Shown here: positions 50,107 through 63,669 of the stretch, one piece after another
How the letters are laid out: each line of letters opens with the position of its first letter
Numbering within the stretch: the first letter of the stretch is position 1
Source of the DNA: Camelus dromedarius
Taxonomy: Eukaryota
NCBI RefSeq assembly: GCF_036321535.1
Contig: NC_087436.1
Span: forward strand, 80,974,001 to 81,038,000
Direction: 5' to 3'
Length of the DNA: 64,000 nucleotides
Translations under genes and position numbers: made by a program
Notes under the pieces: model-generated
The model's database searches: none
Told to the model about the DNA's origin: nothing
The model's input: the letters and a program-made list of their open reading frames with translations, nothing else

Positions 50107-53100
50107 TTCTAAATGATGATTAACAGACACTAAAAGGAGGTAGTTTTCCTGAGTCACACATTTGGAATATCAATTTGCTCAGGGTTCATCTCAACAATTT
50201 CAGTTTTTTACTAACCTTCTTTAGGCAACAAATTTATCTCCTAGGTTTCCCCAAATAGGTTAAAAGCGTTTTCTTCACAAATCGTATCACCAGCCTGTTA
50301 ATATTTTAGGTATCCCATTTAGAGAGTTTCTGCCACGCAAAGCCTGACGTGCTATCTGGTTGACTATAAAGCTGATTTCCTCATTTTTGTGTTCAGCCAT
50401 ATGAATGCTAAAAAAAAAAAAAAAAAACTTCCTACTTTATTTTGCTTCTTTTGTGGATTGGTTAATTTAAATCTATTTATATTACATTAACAATGCCAAG
50501 GCCTAGAGTGGCATTCAACTAATGTTTGTTGAATGTTTGAGTGCGAGAAAAATAGACCTCATTGTCATGTATATCTGTGGTGAAAGAATTACTTTTCAAT
50601 TCCTTTACAAAAGGGATCTGCTTCTTAATTAAAAAAAATAAATAAAGGGAAAAATGAAGGACCATGTACTCCTCCAGGCCTACTTAACAAGTGAACATTT
50701 CTGAGCTACTTTTCATTTTTATCAAAAAAAAAAAAAGGAATTTGGTGGGTATAAAAATAGTTAAAAAACAAACAAACCCCCGCCCCCCAGAAAGTGTTAG
50801 ATCTGAAGCCAGCAAAGATCTAACAAATATATATACTTCTTTTTCCAAACGAATGAGAACCATAATAAGCTGTTTGTTCGTCATCACAGTGAAGGGCTAC
50901 CTCATTATCAGACTTTCACGCATGCAGATATTTGCTCTGGATTGTTGCACTGTGATGTTTAGCTCTCATAAGAATATTTTCCTTAGCCCCTGTGCTTGTC
51001 CAGAGGGTTCATACTTTGCAGGTCTGCAGGAACACCATGCATCAGCTCTCCCTAGCATGTATTTTTATCACTCTCATTTTTCAGGACAGAGGGACTTGGA
51101 ATGCATTTCTTGAATGTGGTTTTCCAATAAGTACCCCCAAAAATACTTTATTGAGAAAACATAATACTGATAATTTAATACTGGCTTTATTCGTTGTTCC
51201 ATATTTAATATCTCAGCCCTCAAACGGATCGTAAGCTCTCTGCAATTAGAAATTATATCTGATATTCTTTAACATTTTCTAGTATAAGAATAGAGTCAGA
51301 AATCACTTAGCAAATCTGGATGCTCTCCCTGAGTGGCATTATTCTGTGTATTTAATTATTCAAGAATCCTTAGGAAATTCATTCTAAAGACTGAGTTAGA
51401 GAGTTGGCACTTAGCAATTTTTGTCTGAAGAAATGGTTAATGAGTAAATGAATATTAGGCCTTCAGTTTTTTATTTGCCTGAGTGCAGGCATTATTTTCC
51501 ATAATCAAGGTGAAGTGGAGTTCTAAGAATAGCTTTCGTGCAGCTTGGTAGTATTCTGTAATTTCTAGAAACACAACACAGGCCAGGTGTTTGGTTTCCC
51601 TTTCTGTATAAAATTCTGTCTTTCTTTTCTTAGGGTGTATGTGTTACGCATATCAATGGGAACTTGTGTGCCAACTCTTTGACCAAGGCCCATGAATTCA
51701 GCAGCTGGCCTGACCTAGAGGTTAAAAAATATAGGACCAAGATAGCAAGATAAAATGAAAATTTCGATGAAAGAAATGTGCACCAAATTCTGAGGGATGA
51801 GGCGTTGTTGGCAAGATCCATTGATGGTATATTTTTTTGACTGCTTTGTTTCCAATGCTTAGAACAGTGTCTGGGGCACAGAACACCATCAATGAATACT
51901 TGTTTAGTGAATGAACAGATGAGACATATTGAAGAATATGTGTTCTCTAAGCACAGGGTTTTGACTGACATGGCTGCGTGTGTTGGAGGGATGAGGAGGG
52001 TAGTTCTAACCTTCCAGGTGTAACTAATTTGCAGCTTCTTCAAACCATTTTGACTTTAGGCTGATCAAGGTAGGAAAGCAGAGTCATCTCAATACCTGCT
52101 ATTTAATTACTGGCCTTGCAACTTATTCATGTTTTATTGAATCCTTAATATAGAGATTTCAACTCTCCTTGCTTTCAATATAAGATAGTAACTATGCTGA
52201 GTATATTACTTTGCCTTTTCATTAAATACTCATATTTGTGGTTTGTTCTTGTCCTCACACCAATAAAATGAGTTTTTATTTTCTCCATTTAATAAGTAAA
52301 GAAAACAAAAGGTAAGTAAAGGGATTTGTACAAACTGGCTTCATCCCCAGGCTTATTTCAAAATCCATCCGTTTTGCACAGTGTGCGGGATCGGTGGCAG
52401 GCTCCGATGGTTCTTTTCATAATGAGCAGCTATGAACTGTAGAGTCCCAAGTCTTTCAGGGCTCATTGGGATATACTGTTTCTATAATAAGATTGCAAAC
52501 CACACATGTTTATCAAGTTATAATAGCGACTCAACCATATTAAGTGATAAAGGAGATGATGGATACCTTTGTTCCCAGGAATCACTTTTAAAGCTATAAT
52601 GTGGAATGAATTAGAATATAAAAAATTAGAAGTATGTAGTAGGACATTTCCTTAGTTCCTATTTTGTCCCTTTGTGAGTGATTGTGTTCACTTAGGGTCC
52701 TTGTGGGAAAATGAAGCTCACCCTAGATGGATGAAATGAAGAGACTTTAAGGAATCAGTTCCTTATCAGGCCAGAGAGAAACAGAATGATCCTTTGGTGG
52801 AGAAGGGTGTTACTGTGGATGACAAATGGAGAATAATTAACACAATTACCTATGCTGAGGATTGGATAATTAATTTTTGAAACATTATCTCTATCTGTAT
52901 CTACAATCATGTCAGTCCATGTAATTTTCTTCCCATAGAGAAAAGGTGGTACAATTGGAGAGTAAATTTGGAATTGTAACAACATTCTTTATCTACAGCT
53001 TGACCCTGCAGAATTTAGTCTCTCCATGAAAAACTATAATATTTAATACCAAATATAATGTTTTGTGGTATTTGAAAGAAGAAACTACAAGTAGTGTGAT

Positions 53101-56100
53101 CACACCATAAACATTTGAACATCAGTTAGCACCTGACAATACTAATTCCTTGTGGCTTCCTATTTTCCATGAATGTTCTGCAATTTCATGATCTTGCTGC
53201 ATGAAAAGGAAACTTTGTGCTATGATCATTGTAATCCTGTCACTGCTAGGAAGCTTCAACAAATCCTTAGTGTACAGTGCTATTTTTATATTGTCCACTG
53301 CTTTCTGTCAGTGATGGAAAGCTTCTGAGTTTCTGAGTCCATTCTAGCCAGTGATCAGTGGCAGCTCTCAATAGACAAAAGCCAGTTCTGTCAACAAGAG
53401 GCACTGACTTGGGAGAGAAAACCTCTCTGCTAAGATCATGGGGTAACATCAGGAACAAAGTCATCTTCAAGGACCTGGCTGTGTGTTTTTCTTCCTATAT
53501 ATGAGAAGTTATAATAGCCTGAAAAATGTTCCAACAGACATTCTGAAATAAAACATATAGCAGGGATATTTATTTAGTAGAGAGCTTAAAAAGTAGCTAC
53601 TAGTTATGTTTGTGAGTGGACTTATAGTATTAATTCTTAAATGAAATGTTTATTATTAATCAAAAAAACCTTCATATTAACGCTTATCTTGAGAGAGGGG
53701 CTGTTATTATTTTTGTTGTTGTTAATTTTGTCCATAAAGAAATTTCTTAGTTTTCAAGCTAAGTAAATATGCTTTGATGAAATGCATTCAATGCTTCCCC
53801 TACATTTTTCTTGTAACTTTTACTTTTGACCTTAAGTTTATATTATTCTGTCAGCAAAGTTGCATTTATTAATAGTCTATTTTATTAGATATGCATTTGG
53901 CAATCAAAGTCTGAAGGAAAATATTCTCTGAAATGAACTCTCCACTGTATGCACACCTTTGAGAATGTAGTTTTTAGTACTTAATTAGCTTTGTAGGCTA
54001 AATCATTCTGCATGATTTACAGCGTACAAGAAGGAGTATCCTGCCTCACAACTGCGGGTAGAATGTACGTTTGGATTCTAGGTGCTGTTTATGTAATCTG
54101 AAATACATCTCTTAGCCTCCGTTTCAGTTGTCAAAAGCCAAATATAAAGGTGATGTTATTAGCAAATTTTGTCTTACTGTGGATATGATTATTATGATTG
54201 TAAATAATACTGTGACTATCAAATCAGTGTACATTCAAATGCAATAAAACCCCACTAAACATACTAGAATATATTATGATTATCACTCATTTAAAACTCA
54301 AAGAAGGATTTTAACTAAATAACTAGCTTATGTTAAGTAGTTCTTGTCTAAGGATACAGAGGATGTATAGGGACATTATAATCTTAATTAGGACGCTTTT
54401 ACCTATATGGCACTGAGCTTGGCTCAATGTGCACTCAAGAGCTCAGTAATTAGAGAATGAGAAATCTGCAAGTTGTGCATAAGGGAGTGAGTGAATGGAA
54501 TGATATGATGCAAACAGAATTAGTCTAGGGAAGCCTTTGAAGCAGCCAACACTAGAATGAAGTTACAGCAGAGAGCAGAGGAGATAAATACTTACATGTA
54601 ATTTTGTATCTAGTATATGTTAGATATAAAAATTAGACATAGAAATGGAAAGCATTACCGGTAAGGAAAGGTAAATTTGGGGTAATTTGAAAAGATATCA
54701 CAGAAAAGAAGAAAGTTAAGGATTACTGAGTGCCTTCTCTTCATGTGTCTCTGGGTACACTCAGTTTTATGCAAATCACGCAACAATCAGCAAGTTCCGT
54801 GTTTGTAAATAAATTCCTTAAGTTATGAGTAATTAAGATCAACCTTTAAGTTGTTAATACTTGGTTATTGTTGATAACTGCCTTAAGTTTGCACAGTTAG
54901 GAACTGGCTGGTCTGGGACTCTCACACAGGTCTGTGGGCCAGACCACTAAAGTCTACTCTCTAGCCACATCCTCCAGCAAAAGGATGTGCTAGGGGGTGA
55001 CCAAAGGAGCCTGCGTGGTGACAGATTTGCCTGGTTACAGGGAGAGGGTGTTGGTCTGTTTGTCGGGAGAGAAGACAGTTGGAGAAGATTAAGGTGGGTG
55101 GAAATAATGTGAGGGTTACGAGAAGGATGGTGAGGAAAAATTAGTGATGTCTGAAAAGCCAGGATCAGCTGAGTGAAACAGAGAGTGTAGTAGCTAGTCT
55201 CCATTTTATCCTAATGCTTAGTTATGCATTAGATTATTTGCACAGAGCCTCCAGTTGCCAGACAGGTGTGACATCAGTGGGATTATACCCTTAGACTTCC
55301 CTACTTACCAACCTAATCAGAATCACTAGCAGTGGGCTCAGAGCAGGAGGTGGAAGTGACCGAACAAGAAGACCGGGACTGTTCTCCCTCCAGTTCCAAA
55401 CACACCTCGCTAAGATCTGCTGGGCTTTTGCTGGCTGTATTTACAAGTCAAAGACAATAAACTCCCTAAAGCTGTGCATTTAATTAAGTGGGTCTGAATG
55501 GCTCCTGAGATAAGGAGTTGAAGTTTGTGGAACCCACACAGTCCAACTCAGACTCCAAATGTATTGTTTCCTAGAGCTCAGTTGCAAAATGTAATTATAA
55601 AATGCCTCACATTTAGATACTGATAGATTTCTCATTGGTGTCCAGAGGCACAAAGATGCATTATTTATATAGCTTCATTTATTTCATTGTACTTTTTAAT
55701 AGATGGTAAATAAATGGCACCTTTTTGTTAAAGGGAAAGAAATTAAAAATAAAAAACTGAAGTAAAAATGGATTATTCCTCACTCTTGCAAGTCCAACAC
55801 AAAGTATCCTACTTATGTATGAAGAGCATGTGTTCAATTTGATAAATAATATTACTAATTGAAACAAGGACATTAGATATATGGTAAATACTTAACTATG
55901 TAGAAATTGGCAATTACCATGTTATTGGTAGCACACAAATTGAATGCAAGTTAGGAAGAGCTCAGAGGCGATTTAGAGACAGAGATGAGCCCCCAGATTA
56001 CCTCATTTGACAATCCTAGTGATGATTAAAACAAAGGAATCCATTAAAAACTCAGAAGAAGGGATGGGATTTGGTGATGGAGGATAATCAGTTCCAAAGC

Positions 56101-58925
56101 AAAATACTGTCACATCTGAACCACATGACAATCACATAGCACCTTCCTACTGTCCTACTTAAAGAAAAACACATTGACTGCTGATGCCAAGTCTTCCCTC
56201 TTGAGCCCAGCCACTCATACTCCAACATTTGGATCATACTCCTCTTTTGATTATTGACTCTAATCCAGGGCAGAAGGTGTCTATTTTGAGTAAGGAAAAT
56301 ATAGGACTTTAGTGTGAGAGAATGTGAGCAAAAAACTAAGCAACTGTAAAAATCCATATGGAGCCAAGAGATTCCCATAGGAATTCTTCCTGCTACATTT
56401 TGAAAGCATTCTCTAGGGTAGGCTGGGTTTTGAATAGAGAAAAAGTATTGCTTATTTAAGTTTTTAAACTCTTCTTTTGCCTATGTTTACCTGTAGGCAT
56501 CTACAGTTGCAGAAAATTTTCTTCAGGGTGGGATGAACACTTTGCGTCACCTGGCATGCTTCGCTACAAGCTGTAGTACTGTGGGCCATTAGTGGCCAGG
56601 TTATCAAAGAGGGAAAGTATTTTAGCTGTTGAACTTGTACCCCTCGAGACTGATTTATGTTTAAGGAATTGGGAAACTTAAAAATTAGCCATTCCTATGT
56701 ATTCAAAGAAAGCGTAAATTGTAGTATGTACGTGTCACTTAATGACATTTTATTTGCATTTTGGTGTCTGCATTTTCCCACACTGACTTCTCTGATGGAG
56801 AGATACTTCTTTAAAGGTACGGCTATGTGTACCAAATCTGACAGGTGACTTGATACTTCAGGGAAGTTCACCTGGGGAATAAATTTAACAGTCTAAGCAA
56901 AAAAACCCCACTATCGTTTGTGCAGTCTTGGAAAAAAGCGATGTTTTCCCTGGTAACCATTAAGAATTGAGAGGGCAAAAAACCCAATAACACTCTCATA
57001 ATTTTCTCTTTTCTAGGACTTTGAGATATAAAGTGGGCCAGGAAACAGAGGTAATATAGAACACAGATCTGAAATATTAACTTCAGAGTTTTATCATCAG
57101 GGCTCAAGAAAGAAAGTAGAAAATTGCTATCTCTTCTGTGCAAATAAATTTGTTTATAAAAGGCTATTAAAGGAACAATGAATTTTGAGCACACTGTGTT
57201 CAATGTTGATTACTTTCATTTCATTATTTTGACTTACTATTACATTAAATCATATGAAATTGTCATTTCTGTAGGTCAAAGTCTATCAAATATTAAGTTT
57301 GGTATGACTCAATCTAATCAAGGCAAGCAATTATATTTATGGTATGTGATGGCAGTTTTATGATTTTTTATTGGAGGCCCTAGCTACGATGACTTAACAC
57401 AGTCTTTCAGGAATGTGCTATAAGTATGGAAATGTATGAACCAATTCAATTATTAGAAATATTCAAATTCTACAAATAATGTTTTGTATCAGTCATCAAA
57501 TAGCTTCTGAACTTAGAGTGGAAAGTGTTCATTTTATTACACAGTGATGAAGGACCAATATTGTAAATATTGGCATTCCAATTTAATTTGCATTATTACC
57601 TTTGGGTCCTGATGGCCTTTGCAAAGAGATTTACTTCCACTTTCCCTTATTACTGCTAATGAATATTTAACCTATATAACACTGAATTTATGGTAATTAG
57701 GTGTAATGTGTAGGTGGTAAATATATCATGGAATATGAGAGTTTACTTACAAAATTAGAAAATATCTATTTCTGAATCTAGATCTTGGCAGTCTCTAAGA
57801 TCTGAACCAAAAACATTTGGTTTGTCTATATAGCAAAGCTATAGGCATTAGACAGTATTTTTGTGAGGAATGAAGATAAAATGGTTTCCTTTATGTTCCA
57901 TTTAGCAAACGTGGGAATTACTTTTTTTCAAGTTTTAATTAGAAAAAAATGAAGGATAACATGATAAAACATAAGAGGAAGACAGTTTTTTTAACCTACA
58001 ATTTAATATGTACTAAGATGACAAACAATTTTCTAGCTTTATTTAGATCCATTGTCTTAAAGTTTTCAAAGAATAGTTTAATATGAGTTAAGGGGATTAT
58101 TTATATAATATATAATATAAATTAGAAAAATCACACCAAACTCTATATTAAGAAAAAAGGGTTTGAAAATTCTGTTTTAAATGGAAATTAAAGCTGTAAT
58201 TTTTGTTCTTTAGGCTTTACTAGCCTAAATTACCACCTAATAGACACCAGATAGTTTCACTAAATTTAAATTGATTAAGTGAATGGAAGATCAGAAAAAG
58301 TCTTTGCAGCTTTCAAATTCTAAATACAAATTTCAAATTTTTTTTTTACTGTTCTCATTCTGAAGACTTATTTGAAAAGTATTGTGTCTTTAAAGGAGTT
58401 AATCAACTAGGTTTATGATATGAAAAAATAACCTAATTATGGTTATCACAAATTTTCATCTTTTAAACTAATTTCCACATTATTAAAACTAATCTGCATA
58501 AAAATAATTTAGTATTTAGGGATTTTATTTTTTAAATACAAATTTGTGACAAGTATTCACATGTATCAATATTTATAAATAAATACAATCAAATAAAAAT
58601 TTTAAAAATCTGATTTGATGGCATTTCAGATCAACAAAGGACAAGGTCAAATACGTAGAGACACATTTTAAACATTATTAATAATTCAATGTGATCAACC
58701 TTTATAAGCTCTTACTAAGCATACTCAATTGGCTAATTTTCTCTCAATAATCACCAGAAATGAGTAAGACACAATCCTTGCCCTTGAGATGGTAACAATT
58801 ATGATCAGCTTATTTTTCTTTTTAGATCAACTTTATTTGGGTATAATATGTACCCAATGTGTACATACATAATTTACATAGAATTTACATATACTTTTAA
58901 GCGTACAGTTTGATGAGTTTGACAA

Positions 58926-58940
58926 ACACACACACGCGCG

Positions 58941-58975
<35 letters not shown>

Positions 58976-58978
58976 GTA
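58926..58978. repeat. Compound (CA)n/(CG)n microsatellite
   Basis: ACACACACACGCGCGTG(CA)n TATATGTA, alternating RY throughout. Confidence 0.9.
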
Positions 58979-59135
58979 GCTATCACCCCATAAGAAATAT
59001 ATAATATTACTTTCACTCTAGAAATTTCCCTTGTTATCCTTCACTTCTGGCTCCAAACAATGACTGTTCTGATTTTTTCCCACCATAAACAAGTTTTGCC
59101 TATCCCATAAATCTTATATGAATGAGCACACATAG

Positions 59136-59565
59136 TTATTAGGAAATAATTTTCCATGAGTCTTTCTGATTCTGCATGTCTTGTAAACAGAGACACTGTC
59201 TGCTTTTGTTTAGGACTGTTTTTCTAAACATGTTTGTGTAGTGAGCAATCTTGGAATCTAGAGATAATGTCTTCCTCCTGAGAAAAGGGCGGGTTTGTTA
59301 TTGTACTGTGTACTAGAGATAATGTGTCCCTCTGAGGCAAAGGTCAGGCTTACTGCCCATTATAGTAGTTTCCTGAAGCTCCCAAGTTCCTCTCCTGTAA
59401 CACAACCCACTGTTTGGGCAGGTGTGGTGCTCTGGCTAATCCTATTGCTGTGAGCAGTAAAGTCCTTTGTCTCTGACCCAAGAGTCTTGCGTCCTCTGCC
59501 AGCGTCCCTGAAACTCATAAGCTTACACATTGAGTAAAGTCTTAGATCCTTCACAATTCTTAACA
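59136..59565 (+). mobile_element. ERV1 solo LTR (MER67-like)
   Basis: Internal repeat TAGAGATAATGT x2, GCTTACTGCCCATTATA, GTTCCTCTCCTGTAACACAACCCACTG, TAAAGTCCTTTGTCTCTGACCCA; ends CTTAACA. Confidence 0.8.
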
Positions 59566-60779
59566 GCAGTATGTACTCTTATGTGTCTGATTTCTTTAGC
59601 TTAATGTTTTTGAGAATTATCTGTGTTGTTTTACAAATTAATAATTAGTTCCTTTTTATTGCTGACTTCTGTTCGTTGCATGATTATATCAGATTGGTTT
59701 ATCTGTTCATTTGTTGGTGCACATTTGGGTTGGTAACAGACTAGAAGTCAAGATCTGCACATTTTCTAGCTAGTAGTTATCCAATAGAGATACTTATAAA
59801 ACACTGTTACAATACAGAAGAAACAGTGATTAACGATGCAAAATAAAAACTCACACGTGGCTTGACATTTGAGCTGGGCCTCGAAGAATGAGTCTCTACT
59901 CTTCTTGAGAGTATAGAGTCTGGCCTACTGATCTATTAGAAGGAAACCAGAGTTCTAGTCAAGTTTCCAGTCTTGGCATTTGATATGTGTACATCTACAC
60001 ATAAGAATTTTCTCTTTTATTTAAAAAAATTGTATGCTTCATTTGAAAGTGAGAGAGACGACTCTTTTACTTCTAAGCATCCTCAAATCCTTACTTAACT
60101 CTTCCTTTAGGTCATAGCATGATTAGTCACTAGAAGCAATATAAAGTTTTGATGAGTTAGTGGGGTGCTGTCCACCTCCCTTGTACCTAATAAATTAATA
60201 ATTTAATCTACCTGAGTTATTTATGTTTTCCCAATCTTAATATAGAGAATAAGTAAGAGCATCTTTAGAAAGTGTTGCTATTTTTATTGGTTTATAACTC
60301 ATAATGTCAATACGTACACTTGTTTGGCAACTATCCCTTCAGAGCAAGTTTTCTGAACCTCTGGTCTTTCTTGCAAGCCGAAGGCTGTCCTGCAGCCTCT
60401 CCAGTGTAGAAATCCCGCGAGAGCTACTGCCGAGCCCATGCTCCAGTCTCCATCCTCTCAGTGCTCTTCCCACAGGCAAGTCCTGGTTCAGAGGACTTTG
60501 CTGGGGACAGAAGGTCTAATTCTATGTATATTGACTAATTATAATTCTTGGATCTTTGTCATTCATAATATTTATTCTTTGAATGAAATAGTGTCCCTTG
60601 GAGACATTTGTTTAGGGCTAACTGTGTATCTTATATTAAGGGGCTCCCTCAAAGAAATAAAATACTTTGTATAACTTTATAATTAATTAATTAAAGAGAT
60701 AAAGGCATATGTGAAATAATTAATAGCTGATTGTGTTACTGGCAATGAGTACATTGTATTAATTAGTAATTGAGAGTTA

Positions 60780-61025
60780 TATAGATAGTGGTTGAGTGTG
60801 AAACCTGGAACCAAATAGCCTGGCTTCAATTCTGGCTCTACTGTTTACTAGCTGTGTGACTTTGCATGAGTAACCTGACTGCTTCTAGGCCCTCTGTAAA
60901 ATGAGGGTGATAATAATAGTATCTATTTCACAAGGTTATTGTGAGGATGATATTAGTTAAAACATATTATGCACTAATGACATTGCCTGGTGCATAGTAA
61001 GTAAGATATTTGGTTGCTGTTGATA
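60780..61025 (+). mobile_element. MIR SINE
   Basis: CTGGCTCTACTGTTTACTAGCTGTGTGACTTTG...CTGTAAAATGAGGGTGATAATAATAGTA...TGCCTGGTGCATAGTAAG. Confidence 0.85.
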
Positions 61026-62109
61026 TGACTGACGATGGAGATGATTTTAGTTGTAGTAAGTTCCAAGAAGGAAGAGGTCAGAGTAAGCACTGTGTGTTTG
61101 TGAATTTAGTACACAATTTAAATTTAGCACACAAATCTAGGTGACTGCTTCATACGGCGCTTATTGGGGGAGTAATGAGGAATAAATTGGAAAGGTATAC
61201 CGGGTTAGATTTGACACTTCAAAAATGAGGCTAAATTTAAACATAATGTGCTTTGCAGTTGGCAGCTATTGAAGGTTCTGAACTGTATAAAATTCATGTT
61301 TGAAAATGATTAGTCTGGCAGTAGCACTGAGGGAGGGACCCTTAGAAGCATTAAACTGGGGGTTAGAATGAAGTCATAAAGATATGAGGCAAAGAGGTGG
61401 CAGTGAGAGTAGAACAAAGCTAGTTAGGATGAGAGAATGGGGAGGGTAGAAAAAAAAGAATATTTTAGCTGTGGGAGCAGGAAGAATAATATCATCAGCT
61501 CGTAGCTGGAAAGGAGAAAATGATGATTTGAGCTGGATTATTTAGTGACCTGTTAATGATAAAGTCCTGATAACTGACCTTAATACTAGCACAAGATTCT
61601 GAGTGGCTTCTGAATCTCAAAGCAATACTAAATTGTGCCTGTTATAGTCTTGATGATAAGTATGATTATTTTTCTAGTTAATTGGAAATTGGCTATCTGT
61701 TCATGTTATAAAAGACATTAGTAGACTTCATCTTTAATTAACCTGAGCGTTACATTTCATAACAGTGTTGGAAAGCAGAATTTTTCTACACCCCTTAAAA
61801 TATGTCTTATTTTTTTTCTTCACTCTAAGATGGTAATTTAAGTTGTGCTAATCTTTGAATTTTTGTAAGTGACCCTTCATGTAATGTTTCCATTTTATGT
61901 TTAATTCTTAAAATTCTGAAGCAGCTGTACGAAAAGAAAATACTGTTAGACTATTTTCTCAATAGTCTGGTGACTTTGTCTTACACATTTTTGTAACAAT
62001 GTTAAGCTATGATAGGATGAATATTTAATTGCTCACTCTTTTTTCTATCATTACATTAGTTGTCCCTTCAGTTCTGGGGAATGCTAGTAAATGTAAGGTA
62101 GTGGTCTGT

Positions 62110-62375
62110 ATAAGGCAGTGGTGTAAGTATGAAGCAGTGTAGCTCATTGCGAAAAAAAAGGAAAAAAAGAACAATCTTCAGGATCCAGAGTGAAAAAGTA
62201 CCCACTCAGATACTTGCTAGGTTTATGGCTTAAGTAAGTCCCCTTAGCCATTTGGGTGGTATACACAGGGACATCAGCCCTGCTTTTTGAGAGTTTTGTC
62301 AGGATTATAAGGAATTGTATGGATTATATGGAATTTATGAGAAGTCCCATGTATAAATACTGGTGATTATTATTA
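62110..62375 (+). mobile_element. Degenerate MIR SINE
   Basis: ACTTGCTAGGTTTATGGCTTAAGTAAGTCCCCTTAGCC...GTTTTGTCAGGATTA...GTATAAATACTGGTGATTATTATT. Confidence 0.45.
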
Positions 62376-62527
62376 GTTTTGCATGTAGTGTGTCAGACAT
62401 GTTAAAATATGATGGGTTCCAGTTCATACTGTTGTCACCCCCTGGCTTCTTTCTCTCAGATATTTCCATTGCCACTTAAACGTACCCTTGCTTAAGAGTT
62501 ATTCACTTTATTTTTCCCTCAACCTAG

Positions 62528-62539
62528 GTCCCCTGAAAG
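62528..62539 (+). other. Candidate 12-nt microexon (or 3' end of an 80-nt exon at 62460-62539)
   Basis: TTCACTTTATTTTTCCCTCAACCTAG|GTCCCCTGAAAG|GTGAGT; consensus donor. Confidence 0.35.
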
Positions 62540-63114
62540 GTGAGTTTGGGATTTGTATGAGTAATTTTCCAGTGTCTAGGGAGGCCGTACTGGGCTAAAC
62601 AGATGATTACAGACATTGGCACCTGGAGTGAGGGAACAGGTGTTAGTCCAGCTGTAATAAAATTCTTAGGACTTACAACTTTGTACTCTTCTGACTGAAA
62701 TGACGCAGTGCTCCATAGTGTCTTTTTTTAAGGCAAAAAGGAATTTGTCTCTTTCACTGCTAATTTTCTCATAAAGAACCAAGCACACAAGCCTCATTCT
62801 TTTCTCCCACTGGGCTGAGAGTATCAAGTGTGCTGTGACATGCCTGGGCTCTATTTGCTGGCCTCTGCAAAGAACGGACATCCAGCAGCTTCAGAGCTTT
62901 TCTCTTGACTGCTTTCAAGCTGCTGAAGGGGAAAGAGCTGCAAGTCCTTACAGCAAAAAGTTCACATAGAAGGGTCTGCCAGGTATTAGAATTTTAAAAG
63001 TGAAAGCTCAGAATGAAATATATGCACATGAATATCAAGGTAAGAATATCTTAGTGATAGATCTGGGAAATGGTGCTGTATATGCACTGTGTGTACAACA
63101 GAATTTGCTTCTCC

Positions 63115-63210
63115 TTTGTGTTTGTGTGTATATATATATATATATATACATACACATATATATGCACACACATTGACACATACACAAAGATATTTATTCT
63201 TATATATACA
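63115..63210. repeat. (TA)n/(CA)n low-complexity tract
   Basis: GTGTG(TA)n CATACACATATATATGCACACACA. Confidence 0.85.
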
Positions 63211-63270
63211 TATTAAATAAGAATAAATAGTTTTATTACTCAGATCACTTCTTCTCATGGAAACTTATTT

Positions 63271-63657
63271 ATTTATTTATTTTTTCTTTTCTTTTTTTTT
63301 AACTTTTTTTTATTGACTTATAATCATTTTACAATGTTGTGTCAAATTCCAGTGTAGAGCACAATTTTTCAATTATACATGAACATATATATATTCATTG
63401 TCACATTCCTTTCTCTGTGAGCTGCCATAAGATCTTGTATATATTTCCCTGTGCTATACAGTATAATCTTGTTTATCTATTCTACAATTTTGAAAGCCCA
63501 GTCTATCTCTTTCCACCCCCCACCCCCTTGCAACCACAAGTTTGTATTCTATGTCTGTGAGTCTATTTCTGTTCTGTATTTATGCTTTTTTTTTTTTTTT
63601 TTTAGATTCCACATATGAGCGATCTCATATGGTATTTTTCTTTCTCTTTCTGGCTTA
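63271..63657 (-). mobile_element. Young truncated L1 3' end, same family group as 14790-17198
   Basis: Closely matches 14801-15170 (ATAATCATTTTACAATGTTGTGTCAAATTCCAGTGT...TAGATTCCACATATGAG). TSD GGAAAYTTATTT at 63259-63270 and 63658-63669. Confidence 0.92.
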
Positions 63658-63669
63658 GGAAATTTATTT

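Larger units (their letters stand above)
58815..59735 (-). mobile_element. Old L1M 3' UTR interrupted by an LTR and a microsatellite
   Basis: CAACTTTATTTGGGTATAA...TTTTAAGCGTACAGTTTGATGAGTTTGACAAA...CTGTTCTGATT; resumes CAGTATGTACTCTT...TAGTTCCTTTTTATTGCTGA...ACATTTGGGTTG. Confidence 0.8.

Noticed and set aside
50691..52043. 140-aa and 137-aa ORFs
   Set aside because: Non-ATG or weak starts, low-complexity composition, overlap with an L2 fragment and no domain similarity.
61102..61138. Short direct repeat AATTTAGYACACAA x2 (and similar micro-duplications at about 39100 and 41451)
   Set aside because: Two-copy slippage duplications, not an array; nothing CRISPR-like or satellite-like anywhere in the window.
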